Of a stretch of 64,000 nt of DNA, positions 13,416 to 25,107 are shown piece by piece. The stretch covers positions 4,774,001 to 4,838,000 of the forward strand of contig CDRNST010000015.1 in the NCBI GenBank assembly GCA_977016875.1, written 5' to 3'. Position numbers and translations under genes: made by a program. The number at the start of each line of letters is the position of its first letter. Positions within the stretch are counted from its first letter, which is position 1. Below the pieces are notes generated by a model, which searched no databases, was not told the DNA's origin, and saw only the letters and a program-made list of their open reading frames with translations. The stretch comes from Pavona decussata. Taxonomy: Eukaryota.

Positions 13416-16400
13416 CGTTATTTTCAACCCATAACGCAAGGTCCGTAACATTACTACCACACATGCGCACTGGCTGCTAATCAATAATAAATAACTATAA
13501 TTTCTAATGACACACAAGACGTGTTCAGACCAGTGATCTTATTGGAAACTTGGATCATCATTTTGCAGCCAGTTTTGAGATATTGAGTAATTGTTATGTG
13601 TGTCATTTTTCATTTAATATTTGCTCGTCTGTTTGTCTTAGAAAGCATGTTTGAAGAAGTCTTGCAAGAACAATGCTACCTGTGAAACAGGTTTTACAGA
13701 CAAAGGATACCGCTGTATGTGCACCACTGGATTCACGGGTTCTCTCTGTGAGACTGGTATGACTAGTTTCTGATTACAGTACTGATTATCCTGTCTGATT
13801 TAAAATACTTAGCTTCGACGTCAAGTACGCGCACGCTACGTGACTTCGGTGTAACATACTAACATCTGGGTATTCTTCACCATGAATAGTAGCCTGAGTA
13901 TAAGGCTTTTCGGGGAGGGGGGGGGGGGGGGGGTGAGAGGGAGGGAGGGAAAAAAGAGAGGAAGGGGAAAAGTTCTTTATTTGTATATAAGTATTCTCTC
14001 CTCCTCCTCCCCTTCTCCCCTCCCGTCCTCTCCCTCTCCACTTCTCCCTCCCCTTAGGAAAGCCTGATACTCAGGTTACATTAATAATGGAACTTACCCT
14101 AGAACACCCTTATTTTTTTTATGAATTTTATTCAGCACGATAAGAACGCATTACAGTCACATACAAAACTTGCACATACTTACTATTTGATTAAACTATT
14201 TACATGTCTTATAATAAACAGTCGTACAGTAAACTGGCTTTACACTGTATGGTTAAAATCCTGCAGGCAAAAAAGCCACATATTCGACTTCTTCATTCTC
14301 CTTGACAAACGACGTATATTTTAAAATCAGTCTGAGCAAAAAAAAAACTAACCTTGTTCGGTTGTTTTCTTTTTTTATTTTGTCGAGAACAAGACCACTG
14401 TGTAAAGAAACATACTAAACTTCCATGGGTCTAATGAACAAATTCCTTTTGCTATGGAAACCTCTCCTCTATTTATCATAAATGTTAGATATCAACGAGT
14501 GTAAAACTGGAACACACAAATGCAGTGCCGTAGCTGTGTGCAAGAATACTAACGGATCATACCACTGTACGTGTAAGCCGGGATATTACGGAAATGGACG
14601 AGACTGTGAACCAGGTGACGTTTTGGTTTGCTTTTGTCTGACGTTTTCCTTTCCTTAAGGAGGAATCTGCCTACAGTTATTTCTTTTCTCATATAACACA
14701 ATGTCGATAGAAGTCAAATGCATGTTTTGTCTCGTTTGCTTTTTCTATTTCTGGTACGGAAAGTAAGAAACTCAGAGATAGTTTGCTAAAAGGCAGTATA
14801 CAAGAAGATTATGCATGATAATGATGCTCATTGCCATAGCAAAGGAATCAGTATCCTCTTAATTGATGACTTGTCTAGGCCCAGGTATCTTTTGAATTTA
14901 CTGTTGTCTTTCTAGCTTTTCCTTTTCTTTTGCCCTTACAGCCGTTTCCTCAGGGACAGCTAAAACAATTATTTGGAACGTCTGCTCAAACTCGTTCGCA
15001 GCCAACAAAATCAGGTCTCCTTGCTCCAATCTCATTATAGCCTTACTTTTTCTTTGTTAGCAAAGACATTTTTTCTTCAAGGCTTTTAGAAAACCCAGTT
15101 TAAACTACACACCATTACTTTAAATTTAAGGGACAGTTGTGGACGTGTTGTGCGTTCTTTTTTTATTTGGTTTAAAATATCCTTTTCTTTCATCTTCATG
15201 CTGTGACGTAGTCCCGACATGCAAGGATATTTATAACAAAAATATGTAAGTATGAAGACCTCCAAAACTCAAGGATATACCTTAACTATTTTATTTTTGN
15301 NNNNNNNNNNNNNNNNNNNNNNNNNNNNNNNNNNNNNNNNNNNNNNNNNNNNNNNNNNNNNNNNNNNNNNNNNNNNNNNNNNNNNNNNNNNNNNNNNNNN
15401 NNNNNNNNNNNNNNNNNNNNNNNNNNNNNNNNNNNNNNNNNNNNNNNNNNNNNNNNNNNNNNNNNNNNNNNNNNNNNNNNNNNNNNNNNNNNNNNNNNNN
15501 NNNNNNNNNNNNNNNNNNNNNNNNNNNNNNNNNNNNNNNNNNNNNNNNNNNNNNGTGAGCTTTGGCCGTAGAAAGTAGGTCTTAGGGATGATTTCTATTC
15601 GGGAAGCGTGAAATTTTCAGGAATTTTTTGACCCAGCCAAAGATATGAGGTGGAAAAGAACGTTAACCTTCCCTTTTTCAAATCTTGATTTCAACATCCG
15701 GGACTTAAAGTAATATGGCGAAATACAAGCAAGATTTGGCAAGAGTTGAGTTTCAAAAGCTATTCGTCCTGTATCGTTGTTAGGCCAGTGATCGATTAGT
15801 CGAGAAGTGCGATTTTAAGGGGTTTTTCCGCTCGCGGGTGTCATAAATAATTTCCTGCAGATGTTCGATCGCCATGATTCTAATTCGCGTGCAGCATGAA
15901 TATGGTGTGAAGATGAAAAATCAATTTGAATCGCTGTCTTCCTCTGATATTAAGCCGATTTTGTTGTAGAAAGCTAGACTTGAGTGCTAAAAGACCGGGT
16001 TTTGGGTGAGATTTTAGATGCGTTGGCGCGGTTAACTATTGCTAAATTTTAACACATTTTGTAGTTTTGTAATTCACGGGTTATGTTTCATTTCATGCCG
16101 ATATCAGTGTCATGTCTAATTCCAGAGAAAAGCCCCCCCTTTTTTTTCCCTCCCATACTATTCCCTGACCTCACTTAAATTCTTGTGATAAACCCTAATT
16201 AAAGTCTTGTTAATGACTAGCATATTCCTTCAGCCTAGAAGGTCTCAAAATGTGCCCGATTTCAATTTTATCCGTTCTTGAATTGTTGCATAATTGTGAA
16301 AATCTCTTTTCTGACATTCCCCTTTCAGCCAACCGGTATTATTTCATGATAAATTACTCAAGCTATAAACATGAATTGAAAAGGCCCAGACCTGTCATAA

Positions 16401-19400
16401 TGGTCAGTCACAGCTTCGCATCATTGTACATTTCCGCTAACTTCAGCTTCCCACTTCGCTACTTCGAGTACCGCTACACGAGGCTTGTCACGCGGCAATG
16501 CAATGCAGTGACGCTTAAAATTTAAAAATCTTCCCTGCCTGTACATCCACTCCAAAGTGGTATTCAGCGTATTTAACTAACGGCAAGGTAATTTTGAAAT
16601 ACAAGTCCAAACCCATGTTAAAAATCGGCTGCTTTTTATCAGGTTAAGCTTATTCGCGAATCCTTTCTTGATTTCCTAAACATATCGTGTCCAGTTGAGT
16701 TTGTTATCCACTGTCACTCCTCAAGTTTTGAATTAAGGGGGAAGTGCGTTCTAGAGGACCAGTAAAGCTATGCCGTTGTGATAACTAGCTAGCTAGTCCC
16801 CCACCCCAAGGAGAGCGAAGCCATGGTTATCACAATGACAAAACTTTCCTGGTCAAGTTCTCTGAACGCACTGTCCTTTACAAGACGTTTAGGCGCGTTA
16901 TAGTGAGTTGTATCTGCACCGTGTACCGAGCTCCTCAAGCGCTCTGCTAAGAAGAGCTGTGACCTCATCCACAGAACTCCTTGAACAAAACAATTCTGCG
17001 GGTATCATCTGCGGACATATACGTTGATCCTGAGATAACAACATTGGGTAAATTGCTCTGGCACAATTTTGTGAAAAGATTTGGGGAGAGAACAACACCT
17101 TGCGGGATGTAAGAGGTGACGTTGGAACCGTATCAGACTTCACACAGTTGACTACCGTGTATTGCTTTCTCTTTGTTAGGTAGTCTGTCAGCCAAGCTAG
17201 CTCAAAGACACTAGGCATTGACATTAATATTGGCAAGGAAACAATTTTAGCGAGGGATATCATGTTGTTTTATAAAGGCAGAGAGGCTCATATTGATATT
17301 GCTAGATTTTAAAGGCATCTGCTTTGGCCAAACCCATTGACAATTGAGAAGTATACACTTGACAAAGTTTTAATTTTTGCTATTAAGCCAGAGTTTCACA
17401 CTTTCAGCATCTTTAGTAGAAAATCAGGAGGGGAAAGTTGAAACGGGAGGGGGCACAATACTTAACAATTATTCCACTAGAGCCTTTTGGATATGAGATG
17501 ATCAGATAGTCATAGAGGCGCGTAGCGCCGAGCTGGCTACATATCATTTCTTATCCAACAAGCGTGAGTGAAATTACTGTTTTATTAAAAAAAAAATCAA
17601 GAAGTATTCAATGCTAGATCGTGTCGATTTCGTTTTGCAAGAACAACTAAATTAACTGTTTAAACAGCGCAAGGCCCTGTAAGTAAGAAAGGAAGTACTT
17701 ATTTTCTCGATTAAACGCCCCCGGCGTTTATTTAAAATTCGGCCATTTTGACCCGGCGTTTTTTCGAGCCAGCGTTTAATCGGGGGCCCGGCGTTTATTA
17801 ATAAAGTGCGATTTTCAGCCATTTTTCCAGGTTGATTTATTATCACCGATCCTTGGAAACCTAGGGGCAGTTTGTCAGTGCTGGACAATTTTTCCCAGGA
17901 TTATCCAAAGTTACAGTATTATGGTACCGTACGTACGGCACGTGTACCATGTTGCAATCAAGCTTTGTATCACTAACAAACAGCACATAAACAATATATG
18001 AATGATGTAGGAGCAAGTAAATGATATGAAAGCAGAGTTTTAAGCTTATAAACGGTAATGTCGCCAAGGTCCTCCTCGCTTGTGTTAGCCAATGTGTGCA
18101 AATTTCTTAAGTTTTAATTACATGCTCATAAACGCCGGGACCCTGATCAAACGCTGGGGCCCCGATTAAACGCACCCGGCGTTTAGTTAAAAATCGGCGG
18201 TTTTGACCCGGCGTTTATACGAAGCCGGCGTTTAATCAGAGTCCGACGTTTAATCGAGAAAATACGGTAGTCTTAATATGAAGTGAGAAAACGTAACAAC
18301 ACATAAGGAGTTAGGTGGATGGGTGTGTTATTTGGCATACAATGAGGTTCATATTTAATTTTTCGTCTACGGTAGCGAGGTAAAGCCCTATTGTTCACCA
18401 CCTCTCTCCCATTTCCTAACCCCCTCCTCCCTTACCACTCCTGTTATTTATTGCACAGTCCCTATAAAAGAAGATAGAAAAAACGCTATTCAGTATCGTA
18501 TAGAATGTTTCCAGTAAAGATCGTTATTCAATGTAAAAGTATTCTTATGTTTTTCTTAGGACTCAAGTTAAGGGGAGAAACGAATACAAAATATATGTAG
18601 CATTACCAAGTTTGTTATTATTATTATTTTTTTTTAATATCAGGACCTCCCAAGATAACAAAGCCTATTTACTCCAAATGCCCTCTGGAAAAGTTCCTGT
18701 GTACTGTCACATGTCAAGCCATGGGCTTGGAGCGTGTGGAGGAGGCGGATGGACGCTGGTCATGAAAACGGATGGCAATAAGGTATCACATGACAACCAA
18801 CTGTTTGCTGTATGTAGGAATATGGACATCAGTCTTTATATACGAATTAAGAAGGTCACGAATACGTTCTTTGTACCTTTAATTACGAGTTCTATGAGAT
18901 ATTTGGATCGCTCAGTTTAACATTTTCATCCGCACTCCGGAAATCGTTCAAAATGTGCTTTCTCAAGATCCTTAAAAAACGTTAATGGAAGTCATGAAAG
19001 TGATTCGAGAAACTCCGAATTCTTTCAAGGCAGATTTATCAAAGTACGCTTTCGGCTATTGTTTTTTAAAGGTGGATATGTGAATGTGGATAACGTATTG
19101 TAATTTTCCTACATGTTTTCCTTTATTTTCAACAAGCCAACGTTTCACTTCAATTCTAAACTCTGGAGCAACCGGGACGACTTCAACCTTACAGGAGGAA
19201 AGACCTTGTTTGACAAACATGAGACAAAGCTACCAACCTACTGGAACACATCCTTCACCAAGATATGTCTCGGCATGAAGATCGGAGATGAGACAAGATT
19301 CATCGTCCTCTCTAAGCGCGCTAACTCCCTGTACTCACTGATCGCCGATGGCCATTACCGCGCCACCTCACTGGGACGTAACACGTGGAAGTCGTTGATT

Positions 19401-19655
19401 GGATCTTCAGCCTCCCTGCAGCCCAACTGTAACAAGGAAGGGTTTAACTGTATGTCTGACAGAAGTAACGAAGGCAAAGCAAGAATCAGTATCCTTAGTA
19501 ACAACCAATACGACTGTGCAACTTGTGACTCCAGAATCGGGTTTGGTACTGGAGGAAAACACGACGACTCCAACACGTGTGGAAACGAGGCTACACGTGG
19601 AGGAGATAACGAAGACAAGCACATCAAAGCCATGGGCTACATTCTAGTGCAGTGA
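4164..19655 (+). CDS. Gene A: secreted PAN/Apple-EGF-cbEGF-fibrinogen/intelectin-like (USOMP5-like) protein, 431 aa; exons 4164-4263, 12021-12283, 13642-13756, 14489-14614, 15212-15245, 18644-18782, 19137-19655
   Basis: All introns are GT..AG with matching phases (1,0,1,1,2,0); exons total 1296 nt, open to TGA. Exon 1 [33 protein letters not shown] is signal-like. PAN: [32 protein letters not shown]: CKNNATC..YRCMC..GFTGSLC. cbEGF: [31 protein letters not shown]. Micro-exon [11 protein letters not shown], then [13 protein letters not shown]. Last exon ([31 protein letters not shown]) is recognised from memory as the coral USOMP5-like family. N gap in intron 5. Confidence 0.85.
4310..4678 (-). 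mobile_element. tRNA-derived SINE with Nin/Deu-type core in intron 1 (orthologous copies ~22667-22970 and ~34166-34470)
   Basis: Minus-strand ACCCAGGTGTATGAATGGGTACC core and GGAGGCGCGGTGGTTTAGTGGT A-box-like head. Confidence 0.6.
7348..7935. mobile_element. MITE nested in the 5-kb element
   Basis: Perfect 15-bp TIR ATTCTCGGTTTTCAC / GTGAAAACCGAGAAT. Confidence 0.8.
9821..11615. mobile_element. 1.8-kb non-autonomous DNA transposon (PIF/Harbinger-like termini) nested in the 5-kb element
   Basis: TIR GGGACGGACCATTAGAAAAGT / ACTTTTCTAATGGTCCGTCCC followed internally by mirror poly-G/poly-C tracts and repeated AAAAATTC.TGCA subterminal motifs. Superfamily is inferred. Confidence 0.8.
12391..12841. 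mobile_element. Foldback MITE with GCAAAC/GCAAGC arrays and a nested small element (shared with B ~26158-26607 and C ~37657-38106)
   Basis: TGGTTCACA.G / CGTGTGAACCA termini; internal ATC(TC)GTTCCCAGAG..GGAAC.AGATT element. Confidence 0.7.
13025..13190 (+). mobile_element. L2/CR1-type LINE 3' fragment (also ~26780-26940 and ~38280-38440)
   Basis: Translation [37 protein letters not shown] is the typical LINE ORF2 C-terminus. Confidence 0.7.
13335..13413. repeat. (TAT)n microsatellite, expanded in gene A only
   Basis: Direct read; absent at the homologous site ~27062. Confidence 0.95.
13889..14078. mobile_element. Small MITE with purine-rich and pyrimidine-rich arms (shared with B ~27544-27715 and C)
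   Basis: TAGCCTGAGTATAAGGCTTT / AAAGCCTGATACTCAGGTTA termini. Confidence 0.7.
16500..17300 (-). mobile_element. Degenerate LINE reverse-transcriptase fragment
   Basis: ORF 16898-17263 contains [20 protein letters not shown], a non-LTR RT motif; frameshifted around it. Confidence 0.75.
17698..18267. mobile_element. pogo/Tc1-mariner-type MITE with TA TSD, gene A only
   Basis: TATTTTCTCGATTAAACG / CGTTTAATCGAGAAAATACGG flanked by TA, with internal CCGGCGTTTA repeats. The empty site AGGAAGTA|CTCTCAATA is visible in B (~31112). Confidence 0.85.
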
Positions 19656-19715
19656 TAGCCGCAAGGAACTGAAAAACTGAACTTTGTCACTAAGGCCATA
19701 AGCCATAAGTAAACT

Positions 19716-19894
19716 ATAGAGTGTTTTCATTCACGTGACTACCGGCCATTTTGGTTTACTGAAACAAAAGAAAGTATTTGCATAAAAATAGAGTTCAATT
19801 CCCAGAGGTTTAGTTTGGGACACCAACATGGCCGCCATTTCTTTGTTTTGGGACACCAACATGGCCGCCGTGACGTCATGTGAAAACACTCCAT
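19716..19894. mobile_element. MITE in the 3' UTR region of gene A
   Basis: ATAGAGTGTTTTCA / TGAAAACACTCCAT TIR; empty site in gene C (AAAGTATAGAACA, ~44272-44284). Confidence 0.85.
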
Positions 19895-20029
19895 AGAACA
19901 ATGAGTGAATGTATAAATCTATCGATCAATAAATTAAAGTTTTGTCTTTCAAAAAGAGCGAAATCGCAACACATAAAATCTTTACTGGCTATGTTATTCT
20001 GAACTCCACCAAGACACGTGTATGTAGTT

Positions 20030-20688
20030 TTATTTATACAATGAACTGTGTAAAACTCGCGTTTTGATTGGTCTAGAGGAGTATGTGATTAGAGTATAGA
20101 CGCACGATTGAAGTCATCGAGTGGTGTGACCGGCGCACGTGATCATAGTCTAGAGTCCAGCCAGAGTGACTGGTCAACAAAGTTTTGCAAACTGTTTTGG
20201 CGAGTAGCGGACAAACACAGGCAAATTTTCGCAGGAAAGGAAAACTGCCCAATAAAAAACCAGGAATAAAAAAGCTAGAACTTTGTTGTGACGTGAAAAG
20301 GAAGCAAATATTTGTCGAAATATGTCGCCGATAGAAATCCGGCAATGGCGAGTAATCGATTACAAATCGCAATGAAGCGACTAACATGCTGTAATATTTT
20401 GGGGTCAGGATTTCCTTCTGGAATAAAGGTTAGTTTTGAAAATATTGTTAGTGAAATCCTTTCGGATTATACTCTTTAGAAGATCACAATTGCATGTGTG
20501 TTGTAGTCTAAAACTGAGTTTGCTGGAAAGATTTTGACTCAGCTCAGGCAACGCGATGCTCGCTCACGAAATGAGTTAAAATGTCTTGGTTATTGTATAA
20601 AACAAATAGATTCCATTTTGCCGAGGGTCTGTACTCTGATAACGCACAGAGGACGCCACCCACGGCAAAATGGAATCTATTTGTTAAA
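20030..20688 (+). mobile_element. Non-autonomous element with short inverted repeats and a 3' hairpin (Helentron/HINE-like layout); second copy ~31529-32187
   Basis: TTTATACAAT at the 5' end, ATTGTATAAA subterminal, then a perfect 23-bp stem 20601-20623 / 20663-20685. Absent from the homologous flanks of C and D. Confidence 0.55.
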
Positions 20689-20775
20689 TAACTAGTATCT
20701 TTATGTAAGAAATAAAATTGGTGATGGGACTGACGTGAGTGGTAAGAGTGTTGAAAGAAAAGAGAATAACTAGGA

Positions 20776-20780
20776 ATATT

Positions 20781-20819
<39 letters not shown>

Positions 20820-20820
20820 T
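20776..20820. repeat. (TTTA)n microsatellite (copy at ~32275-32319)
   Basis: Direct read. Confidence 0.9.
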
Positions 20821-21600
20821 TTTTTAAGCAAAGTACTTGCCCAACGCAAGAAAATTCACTTTTGACACTTTTTTGGTGAGCGATTCTTCCTAACTCCACT
20901 GTCCTACTCCGCAATGCACTCAAATTAATTGTCCATCTAAATTCCTTTCTCACGGAAACGAACTTAAGACCGAGCCGTGAATTCGCTTTTTGGGTGTCTA
21001 CGATGTTACTTTTGTTTCTTAATCGATAATGAAGACTAGTCCACCTAAGGGACTTTCCTCTATCAACATAAGACCCGCAGCTCAACTAATTGCTTTCTTT
21101 TTGCTCGTGTTGTTTCAGACATTTTGCTCGTTGTTGCACATTTTACATTTGGGTGGCTAAATTCCCCACCTCCCACCCCCTCCCTTATCCCCGAATTTTG
21201 GATAAACTGGCAACCTGGTATTTTTTATGTTTTACTGATTCAACATGATCACCTAGAGTTAACCACTAGGTGGTTTGTCAGAAACGTTTTATTTTCTATC
21301 GGAATTACATGCATTTTATTTCTGGCCCCCATTTCAGCTTGCTTTTTCCTTGATATCTCTTGTGGGATAGGCTTAGGAATTTTGATGCATGATAAGGAAA
21401 CTGCATTTGACATTGTTGTTGCTATTATGGTAAATACAAAAAGCCACCTGCTAAGATGTTAGATTCAGTGCTTCCGCTAACGGTTTCTTTTCAAGGACGT
21501 CTTTTTCTTTTTCCTTTCCTTCTACGGAAAAGTCATGAAGTCGTAATAAGTCCCCAGTGTTTCTTGACCTTTGACTGCCTTCGCCCTTATTTAGGCACCT

Positions 21601-21849
21601 GGCGCCCGTTTCTCGAAAGTCCCGGTAACTTACCAGGCCTTATAAGTATATTTTTAAATGTATTTTCGCCGATTAGACAGAGATTACAGACATACATGTG
21701 TGGTACTTGGCCAATGTTGTTACACAATTATAAGACGTTAAAATTTAGTATTCAAAGTGAACAAAAACTGACTTCCGTTAAGAAACATTTATCAACAAAG
21801 ACACTTATCGGGCCCGGTAAGTTAGCAGGACTTTCGAGAAACGGGCCCC
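21601..21849. mobile_element. MITE upstream of gene B (copy 33100-33348 upstream of C)
   Basis: GCCCGTTTCTCGAAAGTCC / GGACTTTCGAGAAACGGGC TIR; empty site upstream of gene A (~3307). Confidence 0.85.
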
Positions 21850-24504
21850 AGAGGGGAGGGAAATTGTAGACAAGAGACAACCATCTTTGTATATATTAGC
21901 AGTTTTCCATGCATAAAAGTTCCCAAAAACCTTTATTAATTACCCTTGACAAGTGTTTATAACAAGAGGTGCTAACGCGGCCAGGCATTCAGATATCAAA
22001 AAAATATAATTTAACTTGAAAATAACATGGTTAAAAATTTTTAGTTGCGGAAGCGTTCCAGTTGGCTATAACAGGCACGGTTGAGGAGTTGAACTCAGGT
22101 CAACAATGAAACATGTACATTCTATTCATAATTGTTGTCGGCAGGTTGACAGACCGTTGTAGACATGCCCAGGATTTAATGGCAATCATCTCAATAGCAT
22201 TTTTAAGCGACGAAGCAAATTTTAGTAGTGAGTGATAGCAAAATGCAAATTCTTCGTTGGAGGTTGTTTTGACAAGGGATAGTCTGTACGGTTTGAATCG
22301 TGCATTGTTATTCCAGCAGTGCATTATTGGAGCATGAAGACCTGGCACTTTACAAAAATAGGTCGACTGAGCTCACCTGTCAGTCAATAGCAGTTTGGTT
22401 TGTTTATCAATATATGACACTCTTGTGATTGGCTAACACCTGACGTGTAAAGAGCCACAGCACCAAGGTGTGAAGCTTTTCATCAAGGTCGCAGTTCCTT
22501 CGAATTCTCTTACGCCAACTATGCTGCGTGAAACCTTTGCTACTAAGGTTTATACTTTCATGTTTTGGACCTCATTAGCGTTTTTTCCCTCATCGCATGG
22601 GCAATTCTGTACTTCAAAAGGTCTGTACGATTTATTACGTAAGATAAAGGTCATTCAAGTCGCACTACGAGCCTAAATTGCCCGTTCAGCCGGAGCTTAA
22701 CCAAATTTCTAAACCATGAAGCAACTGGGAGTATTGCTATTCTACCCTGAATGAGATGTAAAGCCCCCCACCAGTATGTAGCAGGTACCCATTAATATAA
22801 CTGGGTAAATAGAGACAATGTGAAACAATTGCAAAGGTTTGTGTCAAGGAACAACACAGCAATGAAGCGACCAACCTAACCTCAAATCACTGACCATTCG
22901 ATCTTCCGAAGGTCCTATCGATAGTCCGACACTTTTTTTTATAAAAACCATTTAACCACCGCGCCTCCACGCGTTTAATTAGTTGAGGGTTTAGTATTTT
23001 ATTTTGTTAAATTCGACAATAACGTTGATCTAAAGAACATCTTACGGTGGCGCCAAGGCATTTGCGACCCTATGAGAAAAGATAATCGTACATCGCCAAC
23101 TAGCGATATCTTGATCAGGCTCTTCTCCTGTATTTTCGTTTTAATAGTTCCTTAAAGATACAAGATATGTAATTATATTCAAAGAAAAAATTCAATCTTT
23201 CGGCGATTGTAAACATGATAACATGTAAAGCAGCCAAAACTGTACGTAAATAGTTGTTGGGGTCGAAAAACGTGAAAGAGCTGTTAAATACCATGAAACG
23301 GTTGTTGTTTAAGACTGGTTGAGATCAAACAAACATATTGTTCTGAACTTGATTCAGGTAACAAATTTAAGTTCAACTTTCCAAGGTTCAAATCATATTG
23401 TGGTCTATACTAAACAAGGGTCTTCATTTGGAGCAAAAATCTTGATGAGGGGACCGAGTGTTCGGCCGCTTTTGACAAGTGTACTGCTTTGTTGAACTAT
23501 CCCAATAGCAAAGCGTTAATTTCAATCTCAAAGCTTTCAAACAATGTTTACGATGTCACTGAAGGTAAAAACTGCAGGAAACAGCTTGGGGAATAAATGT
23601 ACTGCGCCACTCGACAATTTTTTACCAATCGTAAGTGAGAGAAAACAACCGTTGCATTTAATAATTCACACAGATTGACCACTACAGATATATCAAGCTG
23701 GAAATGTATAATAAAAATCAATAAAAGCAAATAATTGAGTATTATTTGGTGTCATTGACCTGAATTATACCTTTCCAGTTTAATACATTTTTGCGATCAT
23801 CTAAGTGAATGATTGCATATTCAAGGGTGTTCTTTCGTCAAGAGGAAACTCATTTTATGTTCCAATATTTGAAAAAGATATTTCAAGACTATTTGGACTC
23901 GGCTCCTTTTTCCTAAAAACTGAACAAAATGAGTGTAATCCTTAAAATATCTTTTCTTTTTACGTGCATAACTCAGAATCAGGAACAGAAAGAGCAGACA
24001 CTATTCTTATACTCCCGTAAATATTTCGCTCTTTTAGTCTCTTTGGGAAAAGTCTCCCATAGCACCACTAGTACTGTACCACTAAGACTATTAGATCAAG
24101 GCTTTGGTAGCGGTTGATTAGTTTCAGAATTTCTTTAATGGTAATATTTATTATAGTCTCTAATTCTTATGAAACTTATGAAGGAATTACTCAAATTCAG
24201 GGCGAATTGTTTATTCAAGATTTTATAAATTAGGACTAATTTCAGTTGTTTGCGTTTGGCATCAACGGAGGGCTTTTCAACCTAAATTGGCAAGAATGTC
24301 AGTTGATCGAATGTCGTATTTCGCTTTAGTTATCGCTCTGGCGGTTTGAGATTGTATGCGTTGCAGTTTATCCTTTAGCGTACGTTTTTAACGCAGGTGG
24401 TTGGGCTAATGATTATATATTACTTCCAGCGACTGGTTGGGAAAAAACGTCCTAACACGTTTTATGAACGTGGTACGACCGCTCGCCTTTTTACATTTAT
24501 TGCT

Positions 24505-25107
24505 TATATGCTTTTCAAAAGTACGTTTTTTATCGATATGAACCCCTTAGCAGGTATGCGAATCCACTCGTGATAGTTTGTTATTATCTGGTTTATTGTT
24601 GAGATTATAGGCCGACATAGATTTGAAAAATTGAACAACTCGCTTACTAGTAGTTAATGGATCACAAAACTACAGAAGATTGGCAATACAGTTTATTTTC
24701 TGTTCTACCGATTCCTTTTCCGGTCAAGGTATTTTCTTTTTTGTTTTTGAATCAACTGAAATAAACAAGGTAAACAAACGCTCAAACAAAGCCGTGTATA
24801 TGCTTTTCAAAAGTACGTTTTTCATCAATATGAACCCCTTAGCAAGTATGCGAATCCACTCGTAATAGTTTGTTATTATCTGTAAGAGTATCATGCAACT
24901 GACGCAAGGTTTAATTGTTCAGATTATAAACCGACATAGATTTGAAAATTTGATGAACTCTCATACTAGTAGTTATTGGACCACAAAACTGTAGGAGATT
25001 GGCAATACAGTTTATTTTCTGTTCTACTAATTCCTTTTCCGGTCACGATCTTTTTGTTTTTGTATAAACTGAAATAAACATGGTATACAAACTCTCAAAC
25101 AAAGCCG
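24505..25107. repeat. ~300-bp diverged tandem duplication in intron 1 of B (and C, +11499)
   Basis: Units 24505-24794 and 24797-25107; single copy in A (~5957-6263). Confidence 0.85.

Noticed and set aside
13258-13517. Poly-Asn and poly-Ile ORFs (also 28984-29321 and 40483-40844)
   Set aside because: These are translations of TAT/TTA microsatellites.
15252-15578. ORFs running through N runs (also ~49.3 kb and ~51.7 kb)
   Set aside because: Assembly gaps, not coding evidence.
19355-19647. Overlapping antisense and alternative-frame ORFs on the terminal exons (also near 44.0 kb and 57.2 kb)
   Set aside because: Shadows of the real coding frame; their starts and lengths are not conserved among paralogues.
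21124-21869. 112-aa and 137-aa ORFs as genes
   Set aside because: They start at TTG or span a MITE, and the frames are not preserved in the homologous region upstream of gene A.
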